Positions 38,531 through 55,200 of a stretch of DNA of 64,000 bases are shown here, piece by piece. This stretch comes from the human T2T-CHM13v2.0 reference genome, Homo sapiens. Where the stretch lies: NCBI RefSeq assembly GCF_009914755.1, contig NC_060942.1; one strand, given 5' to 3'. Made by a program: the position numbers and the translations under genes. How positions within the stretch are numbered: position 1 is the first letter of the stretch; every line of letters begins with the position of its first letter. The notes below the pieces were generated by a model. The model was not told where the DNA came from, did no database searches, and was given only the letters and a program-made list of their open reading frames with translations.

Positions 38531-40746
38531 TGTATTAGTCTGTTTTCATGCTGCTGATAAAGACATACCAGAGACAGGGCAATTTACAAAAGAAAGAGTT
38601 TTATTGGACTTACACTTCCACACAGATGGGGAGGCCTCACAATCATGGCAGAAGGCAAGGAGGAGCAAGTCACATCTTACATGGATGGCAGCAAGCAAAA
38701 AGAGAGCTTGTGCAGGGAAACTCCCATTTTTAAAACCATCAGATCTCACTCGTGTTCTCACTATCACGAGAACAGCATGGGAAAGACCCACCCCCATGAT
38801 TCAATCATTTTCCACCAGGTCCCTCCCACAAAACATGGGAACTATGGGAGCTACAAGATGAGATTTGGGTGACAACACAGAGCCAAACCATATCATTCCA
38901 CCCCTGGCCCCTCTCAAATTTCTTATCTTCACATTTCAAAACAAGTTATGCCTTCCCAACAGTCTCCCAGAGTCTCAACTCATTTCAGCATTAACTCAAA
39001 ATTCCACAGTCCAAAGTCTCATCCAAAACAAGGCAAGTCCCTTCTGCCTATGAGCCTGCAAATTCAAAAGCAAGTTAGTTACTTCTTAAATACAATGGGG
39101 GCACAGACACTGGGTAAATATAGCTGTTCCAAATGGGAGAAATTGGCCAAAACAAAAGGGCTGCAGACCCCATGCGAGTCTGAAATCCAGCAGGGCAGTC
39201 AAATCTTAAAGCTCCAAAATGATCCCCTTTGACTCCATGTCTCACATCCAGGTCACACTGATGCAAGAGGTGGGTTCCCATGGTTTTGGGCTGCTCCATC
39301 CCTGTGGCTTTGCAGGGTATAGCTCCCCTCTTGGCTGCTTTCATGGGCTGGCATTGAGTGTCTGCAGCTTTTCCAGGCACACGGTGCAAGCTGTCAGTGG
39401 ATCTACCATTCTGGGGTCTGGAGGACACTGGCCCTCTTCTCATAGCTCTACTAGGTGGTGCCCCAGTGGGGACTCTGTGTGGGGGATCAGACTCCACATT
39501 TCCCTTCCACACTGTCCTAGCAGAGGTTCACCATAAAGGCCCCACCCCTGCAGCAAACTTCTGCCTGGGCATCCAGGTGTTTCCATACCTCTGAAATCTA
39601 GGCAGAGGTTCCCAAACCTCAATTATTGACTTCTGTGCACCTGTAGCTTCAACACCACATGGAAGCTGCCAAGGCTTGGGGCTTCCACCCTCTGAAGCAA
39701 CAGCCCAAGCTGTATCTTGGCCTCTTTTAGTCATGGCTGGAACAGCTGGGACAGAGGGCACCAAGTCCCTAGACTGCACACAGCAGAGGAAACTTGGGCC
39801 CAGCCCAAAAAAACATTATTTTTCCTAGGTCTCTGGGTCTGTGGTAGGAGGGGCTGCTGCAAATGTCTCTGACATTTTGCCCTGGAGACATTTTCCCCAT
39901 TGTCTTGGTGATTAACATTTGGCTTCTCATTACTTATGCAAATTTCTGCAGCCAGCTTGAATTTCTCCTCAGAAAATGGAATTTTCTTTTCTATCGCATT
40001 GTCAAGCTGCAAATTCTTTAAACTTTTATGCTCTGCTTCCCTTATGAAACTGAATTCCACAAATCTCTAGGGCAGGGGCAAAATGCTGTCAGTCTCTTTG
40101 CTAAAACATAACAAGAGTCACCTTTGCTCCAGTTCCCAATAAGTTCCTCATCTCCATCTGAGACCACCTCAGCCTGGACCTTATTGTTTGTATCATGATT
40201 AGCATTTTAAGCAAAGCTACTCCAGAAGTCTACAGGAAGTTCCAAACTTTCCCACATTTTCCTGTTTTCTTCTGAGCCGTCCAAACTGTTCCAACCTCTG
40301 CCTGTTACCCAGTTCCAAATTCTCTTTCACATTTTTGGGTATCTCTTCAGCAGTGTCCCACTCTACTGGTACCAATTTACTGTATTAGACCATCTTCACA
40401 CTGCTGATAAAGACATACCTGAGACTGGGCAATTTACAAAAGAAAGAGGTTTATTGGACTTACAGTTCCACATGGCTGGGGAGGTCTCACAATCATGGCA
40501 GAAGGCAAGGAGGAGCAAGTCACATCTTACGTAGATGGCAGGAAGCAAAAAGAGAACTTGTGCAGGGAAACTCCCCTTTTTAAAACCATCAGATCTCATG
40601 AGACCCATTCGCTATCATGTGAACTGCATGAGAAAGACCTACCCCCATGATTCAGTCATTTTCCACCAGGTCCCTTCCACAACACATGGGAATTATGGGA
40701 GCTACAAGATGAGATTTGGGTGGGGACACAGAGCCAAACCATATTG
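38531..40746 (-). mobile_element. Complete THE1 (THE1A-like) MaLR element: LTR-int-LTR
   Basis: Similar LTRs at 38531-38894 and 40381-40746 flank a THE1 internal region; 5-bp TSD GGATG at 38526-38530 and 40747-40751; removing it restores L1 ORF2 gggatgcaaggatggttcaac. Confidence 0.93.
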
Positions 40747-43700
40747 GGATGCAAGGATGGTTCAACATTCACAAATAAATCAATATGATAAAACATAATG
40801 AAGACAAAAAACATTATCACTTCAACTGATGCTGAAAAAGCATTTGATAAAATTCAACATCTCTTCATGATAAAAACCCTCAAAAACTGGGTGTAGAAGG
40901 AACATACCTCAACATAATGAGAGCCATAAATGACAGATCCACAGCTAGTATCATGCTGAATTGGGAAAAACTGAAAGGCTTTCCTATAAGATCTAGAACA
41001 TAACAAGAATGCCCACTTTCACCGCTGTCATTCAACATAGTACTGGGAGGCCTAACTAGAGCAATCAGACAAGAGAAAGATATAAAGGGTATCCAAATTG
41101 GAGGAAGAAGTTAAATTATCCTTGTTTGCAGATGATATGATTTTATTTTTGTAAAAACCTGAATGATCCACCAAAAAATTATTAGAACTGATAAACTAAT
41201 TCAGTAAAGTTGCAGGATGCAAAATCAACACAGAAAAATAAGTAGCATTTCTATATGCCAACAGTGAACAATCTGAAAAAGAAATTTAAAAAGTAATCCC
41301 ATTTACAACAGCCACAAATTAAAATTGAATACCTAGGAATTAACCAAAGCAGTGAAAGATCTCTATAATGAAAACTATAAAACACTGATGCAAGAAATTG
41401 AAGAAGACACACACAAAATAAAAATATATCCCATATTCATGGATTGGAAGAATCAATATTTTTAAAATGTCCATATTACACAAAACAATCCACAGATTGA
41501 ATGTAATCTCTATCAAAATACCAATGACATTCTTCACAGAAATAGAAAAAAAAATCCTAACAATTATATAGAACCACAGAAGTTCCAGAATAACAAAAGC
41601 TATCCCGAGCAAAAAGAACAAAACTGGAGGAATCACATTACCTGACTTCAAATTATATTACACAGTTATAGTAAGCAAATCAGCATAGTACTGGCATAGA
41701 AACAGACACACAGACAAATGGAACAAAACAAAAAGCCTAGAAACAAATCCACATACCTACAATGAACTCATTTTCAACAAAGGTGTCAAGAACATACACT
41801 GGGGAAAAGACAGTCTCTTCAATGAATGGTACTGGGAAAACTGAATATCCATATGCAGAAGAATGAAACTAAACCCCTATCTTATGCTATATGAAAAATC
41901 AAATCAAAATGGATTAAAGGTTTAAATCTAAGACTTCAAACTATGAAACTACCACAAGGAAACTTTGGTGAAACTCTTCAGGACATTGAGATGGACAAAA
42001 ATTTCTTAATACCCCGCAAGCACCAGCAACCAATGCAAAAATGGACAAATGGGATCACATCAAGTTAAAAACTTCTGCATGGCAAAGGAAACAATCAAAA
42101 AAGTGAACAGATAACTCACAGAATGGAAGAAAATATTTGTAAACTACCCACCTGACAGGGGATTAAAAAACAGAATATATAAGGAGTTCAAACAACTCTA
42201 TAGGAAAAAAAATCTAATCATAAGATTGAAAAATAGGCAAAAGATCTGAACAAAGATTTCTCAAAAGAAGTCATACAAGTGGCAAACAGGCATATGAAAA
42301 GGTGTTTAACATCACTGATCATCAGAGAAATGCAAATCAAAACTACAATAAGATATCATCTCACCCCAGTTAAAATGGCTTATATCCAAAACACAGGCAA
42401 TAAAAAATGCTGGCAAGGATGTAGAGAAATGAAACCCTTGCACACTGTTGGTGAGAATGTAAATTAGTACAATGACTATGGAGAGCAGTTTGGAGATTCC
42501 TCAAAAAACTAAACATAGAGCTACCATATAATACAGCAATCCTACTGCTGGGTATACACCCAAAAAAGAAGAAAATTAGTATATCAAAGAGATATCTGCA
42601 CTGCCATGTTTGTTGTAGCACTGTTCACAATTACCAAAATTTGGAAGCAACCTAAGTGTCCATCAACATGTGAATGGATAGAAAAATGTGTTACCTATAC
42701 ACAGTGAAGTATTAATACTATTCATCCATAAAAAAGAATGAGATTCTGTCATTTGCAACAACATAGTTGGAACTGGAAGTCATGCTAAGTGAAATTAGCC
42801 ATGCACAGAAAGACAAACATCATATGTTCTCATGTATTTGTGAGATTTAAAAATCAAAACAATTGAACTCATGGATATAAAGAATAGAAGTATGGTTACC
42901 AGAGGCTGGAAAGGGTGGTCGTGGGTAGAGGTGGTGATGGTTAATGGGTACAAAAATAGTTAAAAAGAATGACTAAGACCTTGCATTTGATAGCACAACA
43001 GGGTGACTATAGTCAATAATAATTTAATTGTACATTTAAAAATAACTAAAAGAGTATAATGAGATTGTTTTTACCACAAAGGATAAATGCTTGAGGGCAT
43101 AGATACCCCATTTTACATGATGTGCTTATTATGCATTGCACACCTGTATCAAAACATCTCATGTCTCCCATAAATATATTCACCTGAGTACCCACAAAAA
43201 TTAAAATAAAAATTTAAAAGATAAAATACCTGTTTGTCAACCCCCCAAAAAAGAACATTACTTAAACATATTCAACTTAAACCAACTATAAATACTTATG
43301 CTTGTAACACGCAAGTACTAAAATTTCCAGTTAAAAACAAACCAAATTTCAAAACCAACGAAATTCAAATGAACATGAATTAAAGCTGAATTATGATGTG
43401 TTTTGCTAAAAATAGATTACTTCTTCACAATATGACATGATTCTGATATAAATGACACTATATATTCCCTTGTCTGACACCTATAGCCCACTATACGCTC
43501 ACGGCTAGTGGGCTACTGTCTAGAACATTCACATATGTCTGCCTCTATAAATTGAATTGTATGCCTGCCAAGAGTTTGTTGTCTTCCTCTATTTCCACCC
43601 CAGACATGTTATGCCAGTTGTACTTGTTAATTTAAATATGAAATTTAATTAAGTATTTCACAAACTGATAAATAATTATGAGAAGAAAGAGAAGGGTGGT

Positions 43701-44162
43701 TTCCATTTTAAAAATCTGTTGGCTCTTTGGGAAAAATTTGAATGGTTAAATTGTTATATTATGTATAGATGAGACAAATATAAAATATTGACCCCCAAAA
43801 ATTAAAAAATCTGAGATGTAATAATTGTTTCACAATGGATTTAAGTCCCCTCTCCATTTGAGAAAAGCAGTAGTATTATGAGTATGAATTATTTAAAAAA
43901 TAGATTATGGAATCTAGACATTGGGCTCACATAAAAGACCTTGGCCCTGTATCAAAATGCAGGTAAATAAAGGTACATTTAAATGACTTACATTTAAATG
44001 CTTAAGATAGATGCTACTTTGTCGTGTTTTTATTAACACAACCAAACTTTCATTTGTTCAATGCCATTTGCAAGAATACAACTCTACTTATGGAATCTAC
44101 TTTCATCAGGTTTTCTTATTATTCCATGACAACACAGATAGTACCTTTCTTTGTTGTAGTAT

Positions 44163-44528
44163 GTGTTATGGTTTGAATATGTCTGTCTCCTCCAAAATTC
44201 ATGTTAAAACTTAATCTCCTAAATTCAGATATTGCCAATGTGATGGCATTAGGACATGGGGCCTTTAAGAGAGGATTCGGTCATGAAGGCTCATTCCTCA
44301 TTAATGGGATTAAGGCCCTCATAAAAGAGGCTTCACACAGGATTTAGCTCACTTGCCCTCCTGCCTTTTGCTATGAGAGGATGCAGCAAGAGGGCCCTCA
44401 CAAGACCAAATGCCTATAACTTGATCTTGCACTTCCCAGCCACCAAAACAGAGAGAAATAACTTTCTCCTCTTTTTAAGTTACCCAGTCTGTTGTATTCT
44501 GTTATAGCAGAACAAAAGGACTAAGACA
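44163..44528 (+). mobile_element. MaLR LTR (MLT1A/MST-like)
   Basis: tgttatggtttgaatatgtc...acccagtctgttgtattctgttatagcagaacaaaaggactaagaca. Confidence 0.8.
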
Positions 44529-45043
44529 TTATAGAATCCTAAGCAAAAAATGTGGGATTTGCAAGTGATTGGCAGTTATTTCTTGTTTATAAGATGGTCT
44601 TCCCAAACATATTTGGTATTACTTTTCATTATTATTATAAAAATAAAATTTAAAATTTCTTGTAGAAAACATATACACCCCAATGAATGTATCTGTATGA
44701 GAAAGTATATTAGGATATATACTGGATATATCTCCAGGAAACCACTGAAAGGTCTATTCCACCATGTTTACCTAACTTTCACAAAGTTTTAGAGTCAGTT
44801 AGGGACAGATAAAGTGATAGGGTGAAAATGGAAGATTTCTTTTTTTTTTTAATCTTTCTTTTTTTTGCCATTTAACTTTTTTCTTTTGGATGAGTTCATG
44901 TCCTTTGTAGGAAGATTTCTATCTTTAAAGAAAAGGATTAAACTCTTACTAGACTCTTCAGTTTTATCATTAAAAACTGATGTTTTTAATACCTCCTATA
45001 ATGTAAAATGTTAAAAGAACTACATTTTTTTAAATAAATGTAT

Positions 45044-45590
45044 TGTGGGGGAAGAACAATTTTTCTTCAAACTCCATAGGTTCTTAGTTGGAAAAGACCC
45101 CTGTATCAAAAGACAAATTAACAAGAGAAAAACAATCATAAGTTTGTTAACATACATATTTCATATACACGTGGGAGACACCCAGAAAATGAGTAGCTTT
45201 CAAAGAGGTGGCTGTGAATTCCAACTTATATAGCATCTTCAACAAAGAGCCATACATTTTTAGCGAAGTAACAGGTCAAAAGGAAGGAACTTTGTGTCTT
45301 TAGAGGTAGCAATGTAGGGGGAAGGCAAATAACTGGCAGATAAAGGCTGGTTAGTAAAGCTTGTTAATGTAGATTCCTCTGTTGCCATGACCAGGCTAAG
45401 AGTCCAAAGTTGTTGGTACTTAACTTTGTTCTCCCTCGTAGAACAGCAGGAAAGGGCAGCAGGATACCTTTTGTCTTCGTAAATCTATGAAACAAATGAA
45501 GGACAGAGAGCTTTCCTTATCTGCCTCTTCTTGATTTCTGCTCAACAAACCTCTATATTTTAACAAGGCATATTCTGGTCTCCCATAGTA
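45044..45590 (-). mobile_element. MER34-group ERV1 LTR
   Basis: Ends ggcatattctggtctccca, the reverse complement of the family start gggagaccagaatatgcc. Confidence 0.55.
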
Positions 45591-46084
45591 TTCACAGATG
45601 TTAATATGAATGCACATGAATGTAAATGTTTAAAAAGGTATGACACAGCTGAAAGAAGTATAAATAATATTACCTTTTAAAGGCAACTTGACTGTGGATA
45701 ACAAAGCCTTATAATTTTTCATCTATATTGACCTAATAAGTCTACTTCTTAAGATCTATCTCAAGGATATATACTGTGCACAGAGATGTGAACAAAGAGT
45801 TAGTAATAGTGGTATGCTTTATATACACAAAGCATTAAGCATATAAAAACAGTTAAAATGAAGGCTTAAATAAATTATGGTAAGTTCCAAACAATGGTAT
45901 ATTATGCAGAAATAAAAATCATACTATGCAAGGATATTGTTATTGAAAGGTGTTTTGTTTTATGCCATTTAATGAAAGAAGCATGATAAAAAATAAATAT
46001 GGGATCATGTTATATATTTAAATATATATATATATACATAGAAATCTGGAGAGCATACACAAAAATGTTAAGATAAATTAAGAG

Positions 46085-46520
46085 AAAGGCACATTGCATC
46101 TGTGGTATTCTTGCCAAAAAATGCATAATTTCAATGCAATGTGGGAAAGTATCAGACAAAATAAATTGAGACAGTCTAAAATGTAACTTAACAGTACTGT
46201 CCAAAAAGTATCAAGACTATGAAAGACATGGGGAGAATAAGGAACTTTCAGATTGGAGAAAATTAAGAAAATGTAAGAAATAATTGCAACGTGAAATTGT
46301 GGACTGGATCTAATAACAGACAAAGGACATTAGTGAAAAAAGGGTGAAATTCAAAATTAAGCCTATAGTTTAATTAACAGAATTGCATCAATTTTATTTC
46401 ATGGTTTTCATCATTGTACTATAGTTACGTAAGATGCTAACACTAGAAGAAGTTCACTGGGAAATTCTCTACTTATTTTCTGATCAATATTTCCTAAATC
46501 TAAAATTATTTCAAAATGAA
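46085..46520 (+). mobile_element. Ancient L1MC-type 3' fragment
   Basis: ggtattcttgccaaaaaatgcataa...aaggacattagtgaaaaa...gtactatagttacgtaagatgctaaca...aaatctaaaattatttcaaaat. Confidence 0.6.
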
Positions 46521-47479
46521 TTTTTTAAAAAAATATAAATGTTAGAAACATAAAGTTAAGAAAATTTCTCAAAAATTTGATCAAGGACAAAGAGATGAAA
46601 AATAAACAATAAGAATAAATTTAGAGGGCTTGTCTAGGAAAAGTGAAGAAAAAGAAAAAAAATGAGTAAATCATAAATAATTCAAGAAAACTTTCCAGAA
46701 TAATTGAAGGACATATTTTCCAGACTGAAAGGACCTACCAGTTTCCAGTACATCCACACTAGGAAACATCACCATATTTTAGAATATAGGGGGTGACAGG
46801 AAGATTTTTCCAACTTTGAAGAGAGAAAAATCCATAGGTTGCACATAAGGGATCAAAACTGAGAATGGCATCAGACTTTTCAAGACATTTTCAAAATTTT
46901 AAAGGTTTATTATAAGGTTTTAATATCTGTACTCAAATTTCTATCCTGAAAGTAAATGTCAGATTTTGGAAGCAGAATTCATAGTTGCTATTATAGCAAT
47001 CACTGCAAGAGTTCCCCATCCCCAGTATCTACACAAAACATGATGAAAGCCACGTCACCCTGCACATATGAGAATCTGCCTGAAATTATCTGGGGGGCTT
47101 ATACAGGCCACCAGTGGCCCTATCATCATCTGAGAGAAGCAGAGAAACCTTTGCTCCCTAGTCATTCCTCATCCTTTGGAACATGAATAACTGGCTCTTG
47201 GGGTCATCCCCCTTTGAAATTTGAATGCATTTGGAGGTAAGGCTCTAAATCTTTCTGCAAGTCTCTGGCTATTCAATTTTACCCTTCCCAGGCTAGTTTC
47301 TCAACCTAGGTGTTATTAAAAGCGCTCGGAAAGCCCTAACTATGGAGAAACATGAAATTATTCACTTCCCTACAAATTATTTTCTACCCCCAGCCAAACC
47401 ATCAATAAAGCATGAAGGCAAAATGGACCTCAAAAAGTTCACCTCTCATTCACTCTTCCAATTGAGGATGTGTTTGAAT

Positions 47480-48175
<696 letters not shown>

Positions 48176-49268
48176 TTGTTCTTTCACCAAAACAAGAGAA
48201 CAAATCAGGAAAAGACAAGGTGAGATCTATAGTTGGTAATCCAATTCAAGAATGGAGTTCTAGAATAATGGTCAAGGGAGGCCCAGAACATAAGTGCCCA
48301 GCACTCTCTGAGATGAAGTTCTTCAAACAGATGCAAATGATATAATACCTCACAACTGACATACGGACAGGAGACTTAGACAACTAGCACAGAGTTTAGG
48401 GTGGAATTACTGGTATACACATAAAAACCTAAGGAAACAAAAGTTCTTAGCTGCAGGGAAACAACTTGCAAGCAAGGAAAATATATCATAGTATGCTAGG
48501 TGGCTCAGCTGCAACAGCATTTACATATCGCAATCCTATAAACAATGAATTTTGATTTAACAAAATGATGATGAAACTGTACTAGCAGTACAGGAGGAAC
48601 ACAAATGTATATATGTACAAGATGTAAGGAAGGTAAAGATCTTCATAGGAAGTCAATAGATTTAAGTCTAAATTTGAGAAATAAAACAAGCAACATAATA
48701 GAGAAAAATACCAAATTTAGCGCTAAAAATAGTTGAAATTGAACAAGCATTAATCTCTCCCACTTAAGGAGGTAGTTTCTAATTCCTAGAAACTATAATT
48801 ATTTTCTTCCAGGTAAATATTATAAATCTATTCCATTTAGTGCTTTTCTCAAAGCGTTTTTCTACATTTCTGCAATATAGGAGGGCAGATTATCCTATTT
48901 AAAAGCCAAAATAAAACTGAACTTTAGAAGTGACCTATTTTGACGTAATGGGATTTGACCTGTGATAATAATGTAAAACATAATGCAATAACTTTTCTTT
49001 TCTTTTTTGGGGAGGGTAGGGGGAGAGTGGTGAATAGTAAGACCAGAACACTAATAATGTGACAGCTGTGAAAATAAATCTGTGTAACTGTAATACCTCC
49101 TCCCTCCTACTTGCTCTGCAAGCAGAACTAGGCCTTAATTAATTCCAAGAAGGGATAGAGAGCAAATGTCAGATTCCGACAACAGATACAACTGCTTTAT
49201 GTGCAAAAGGATGGTAGAGGAAAAGGTTGAAGGAATAGTGGAAATACTTGGGAAAATATTTATGTAGG

Positions 49269-51325
<2,057 letters not shown>

Positions 51326-52049
51326 ACCATAGGAGAGTGAGATGACTTTTTTAGATTCAGCTGAGAGAGAAAGGAAAAGATGAGAAGAAGCTGCTAAAAG
51401 AAATGGAGAAATATAAAAAGAAATGTTAAGAAGTGCTGCTGTGTGATCTACTTGTTGACACTAATTCAGAAAAACTTCAGTAAATAACTACATTATTTTT
51501 CAATACTATTGAGAGTAAGATTTCTACTTCTTTTGGATGCATCTCCAAAAGCTGAGAAGGCCCTTAAAATAGGAGCAGGAAATCCCAGGTTTATGTGGAT
51601 TACATCAAGTGTGATTTGAATTATTTTGCTAGGAGTTGTGACAATTTGCATGGAATCATCCACATTCCTCCCACTTTAAACTCTGGCAAAGCTTGAGAGA
51701 TGATGACCAGTCTCTGAACATCCCTCTCCTGTGACCTCTCAAGGTACTGAGGAACCTGCATCTTGTGATCACCTTTAGTGCTCATTTGGTGTTAGATGCA
51801 CGAAAAACTTCAAGTAATTACATTAAAAGCGCTTTTGGTGTGTTACTCCAACTAATTAATTACAGAATAATAGAATTGAATCCTGAAATAACCTTAAAGA
51901 CCACCAAGTGCAATCACCTCCTTTAAAACAAGGAAATGATTCATGAAGGTGAAATCAGTTAGTCAAAGTTCTTATAAGCAAGCTAAATGGTGAGTGGTGA
52001 CTGAAATCAAAGTGTATTACCTTTTACTTGATTGGTAGAAATAACACAA

Positions 52050-52240
52050 TTATAAGGTCATATATAAGAACTTTCTATAGCTTGTCTCACATAATTCTCG
52101 CAACATTATTATCACATTTTACAGATGAGAAAATGAAACTTAGAAAGGCTCAATAACTTGCCCAAGGCCAACCAGGTAGTGGTAGAACTGGAACTCACAC
52201 CCACGCAGTCTGAATCCAGAGCCCATATTCTAAATCACTA
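52050..52240. mobile_element. MIR SINE
   Basis: cattttacagatgagaaaatgaaacttagaaaggctcaataacttgcccaaggcca core. Other MIR-like relics at ~52570-52690, 53820-54030, 55640-55810 and 60660-60880. Confidence 0.8.
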
Positions 52241-55200
52241 CACTGGCTTTTTTACCAATACAAATATTTTCAAAGTTTTGCAGTAGGAAAAAAAAAAAAA
52301 AACCTGATCTGAGATTTTAGAGTCAGAAGTACAATGCCAAATTTAAAATGCAGCAGAACAAGGGTAGTATGGATACTGGAAGACAATAACAGTAATATAT
52401 AGTAAAAAAATAAAAAAAGCAAATTTAGGAACTTAGGAGTTTTAAATGCAGTCTTTCAAATCTTAATCTTTTATAATTTTAGAAAGAGCCAAAAGCTTTA
52501 TATAAATGAAATAAATAGATCCTATATGCAATTTAGGATTCTATTTCAGGCTGCTTGTAATTCAGACACCAGAATCACAGAACCTAGGTTTGAGCTCTTT
52601 TTTTTTCAGTTTGTAAAATGAGAATAGTAATACCTATTCATAATATTGTAAGCTACCTTAATAATGTATACTGTAAAGCACTCTGTAGATGTCAGAGTTT
52701 AATTAGTATACAGTTCAGTTCTACTGTATCGCCAAAGTTAAAATTGTTTTCTGTATATAATGTATTTTTTTTTAAAGTCCTATGATTTTGTAACTCCCAG
52801 AAGTTTGGGAAAATAATGATTATATACCACCCAAAATTAATTTACCCCTACTGTTTTTCATTTCTCTTTTCTCAATCCCACATTTTATTACAGGGTATCA
52901 AGACTATTAAATGTAATCTTGTTTACACTAATGCCAATTGATCCAGTAGCCTTCCAATCTGGTTAATATTTCCTGTTTTGTATTGGCTGGAAGATTACAG
53001 AAACAGAATAGCCAAAACATTACACATACTTTAAATTAAATTAAATGTAAACAGCCTAAGAATGAAACGTAATACTGTTTCCCAAATGTCAAACTTCTAG
53101 ACATCTCCGTCATCCTATTTGAAGTCAGTAATATTTTAAATCAATTATATCTGATTTTAAGGCTGAACTTCTTATCTATCCCTTAAAGTGAGTTTATCTT
53201 TTGGAATAATAAGCAAGAATGGTGTACATGGGGCAGTGAATCATTTGCATTTTGGCAGAAATTACGAACGATTATGCAACCAGCCTAAGGTGGTGACATA
53301 GCCTGAAAATAGTGGAGGCAGAATCTGAATCCAAGTTTTCTAACACCTTTCAGAGAGAGAAAGGCGGCAAGGAGAGGAGAGTATAGATAGGGAGATCTCC
53401 TAACACAGAAGACCATTTTTACATAGGCCCCCGACTAGATGGCCTTCGGTCTTGTGGGTTTTGCTTGGCTCGCCACATAATGGAACATGTGAAGAAGGCT
53501 AACTGGTAGCTTTGTGTTATATTGCAATTATCTGTGACATTCTACCGGCAGTTTATTTTTCGTATCACGTGGGGGCAGCCTGTACACCTGAAGCAAGGTA
53601 AAACAATATTGGTTTAGGATTAGTACCCTGCATGGGAGACATTTTGGAGAAATAAAAATGTAAGGACCAATTTAGCACAGAGACATAGAGACAGCTGTCT
53701 GCATAAATGCCTCTCTCTTCTCCAGTGAGAAGAGTGTTTGCCATCTGCCAAACAGCGGTCTGAACTCAGTAAGGATGTGTGTGGGGCCACAGCTGCACAT
53801 TTTGTGGCTTGAGGCCAACAACACGGTCACTAAGGGCACAGGCTCTGGAGGCAGATGGACCTGCTTTCCTGTCCCAGCTCTGATAAGACTGATATTGGGC
53901 AGGATTTTTAACTTCTTTGAATCTTGGTGTCTTCACTAGTGGTAATAAGTACCTACCTCAGACTTGTCATAAAACATAGTGATTGTGTATATAGTGCCAA
54001 ACCTGGCAAATATTCAACATATACTAGGTTTTATCATTAAAATCCTAACCCCTTGACTATCTCTCCTGTGACTGAAGTTCAAAGTCAGTAGAAAAAAAAA
54101 AAAAATGACCATACGAAGCTCCTGCCTTTCAGCTGAACACAGAAAATGAGTCAATTCCAAGTGAGTTTAATAGCATAGAACGCTTTCTCAAAACTCCATC
54201 AACATGACAAGCAGCAGCTGATCTAAAACCATCAGAAGACATATTTTTTCTTTTCAGATTTCCATTAGCTTGCTTGTTATCCTATCAAGACTGTCAACCT
54301 TAACTGGTCAGTGGGCACTAAGGGAACATCTGCAGTCTCAGACACTACTGGGCATACTCTATTTGCTCATGGTGCTTCCTCCCTCAAACCCTCATTACCA
54401 TCCTTGCCCAAAGTCACTGGAGCCCAGGTTATCATTCTTTACTCCTCTCATTTTATTTGCATCAGTATCTTTCTTGATGCAAGCATCTATTATTTTAAAG
54501 AAATATATCTTAGCCTCTTATTACTATTCCTCTTGTTGAAATCCAGTATCAGGGAAAATGAGAATCATTCTATGGAAATGGCAATAATTAATAGATATTA
54601 TTTTCTCAGTATACATTCCCAAGTCATTTAAGAATGTTTATGTTGGCACCACTAACCACTAACCCATGACAACTTATTAAAAATTCCTACTTTCTAAAGT
54701 ATGTTCCATGAACTGGATTAAAATACATAACATGGCAGATTTTTTTTTAAAATAGCAGTTTGCCTATTTGTGATCATTACATTATTTGTAAATCCTTGTA
54801 AAATGTTGTAAAACTTGGAAAGATAAGCATCCCACACTGGATAACTCCAGAAGGGCAGGAATGGTGCTGGTCTTGCTCACTGTTGCATTCCCAGCACATA
54901 GTCAAATGCCAGGCACATACAAGGCATTCAATGACTGACATACTTTAATCTTAGGCTATAAAAAGTACTTATGTGTAAGGTTAGTAGAAATATCCCCCAA
55001 AGAAGAGCAGAGTGACTCAGCAAACTGTTATTCTGGAACTAAAGGGAAAAAAAATGGAATTAATGGATGTAGTCTAGGCCCCTCTGGGGAGAAAGCAACA
55101 GATCATCTTGGAATTAACTAGAAAGGGAACAGTTGGGTGCAGCCTGAAATGCACCCAATTTTAGAAAAGCATACTGCAAAAATATCTTAATGTATGATTT

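Larger units (their letters stand above)
26913..43251 (+). mobile_element. Full-length old LINE-1 (L1MA2-like) hosting two large nested insertions
   Basis: 5'UTR starts ggggcaaagcaagacagcagaatagaag. ORF1 breaks at ~29550 and resumes at ~36266; ORF2 breaks at 38530 and resumes at 40752; L1MA-type 3'UTR to ~43226. TSD agaa(t/c)attactta(g)aac at 26894-26910 and 43252-43267. Confidence 0.88.

Noticed and set aside
28767-42621. Many ORFs resembling L1 ORF1p/ORF2p and THE1 internal sequence
   Set aside because: Fragments of degenerate elements with numerous stops and frameshifts; no intact retrotransposon ORF.
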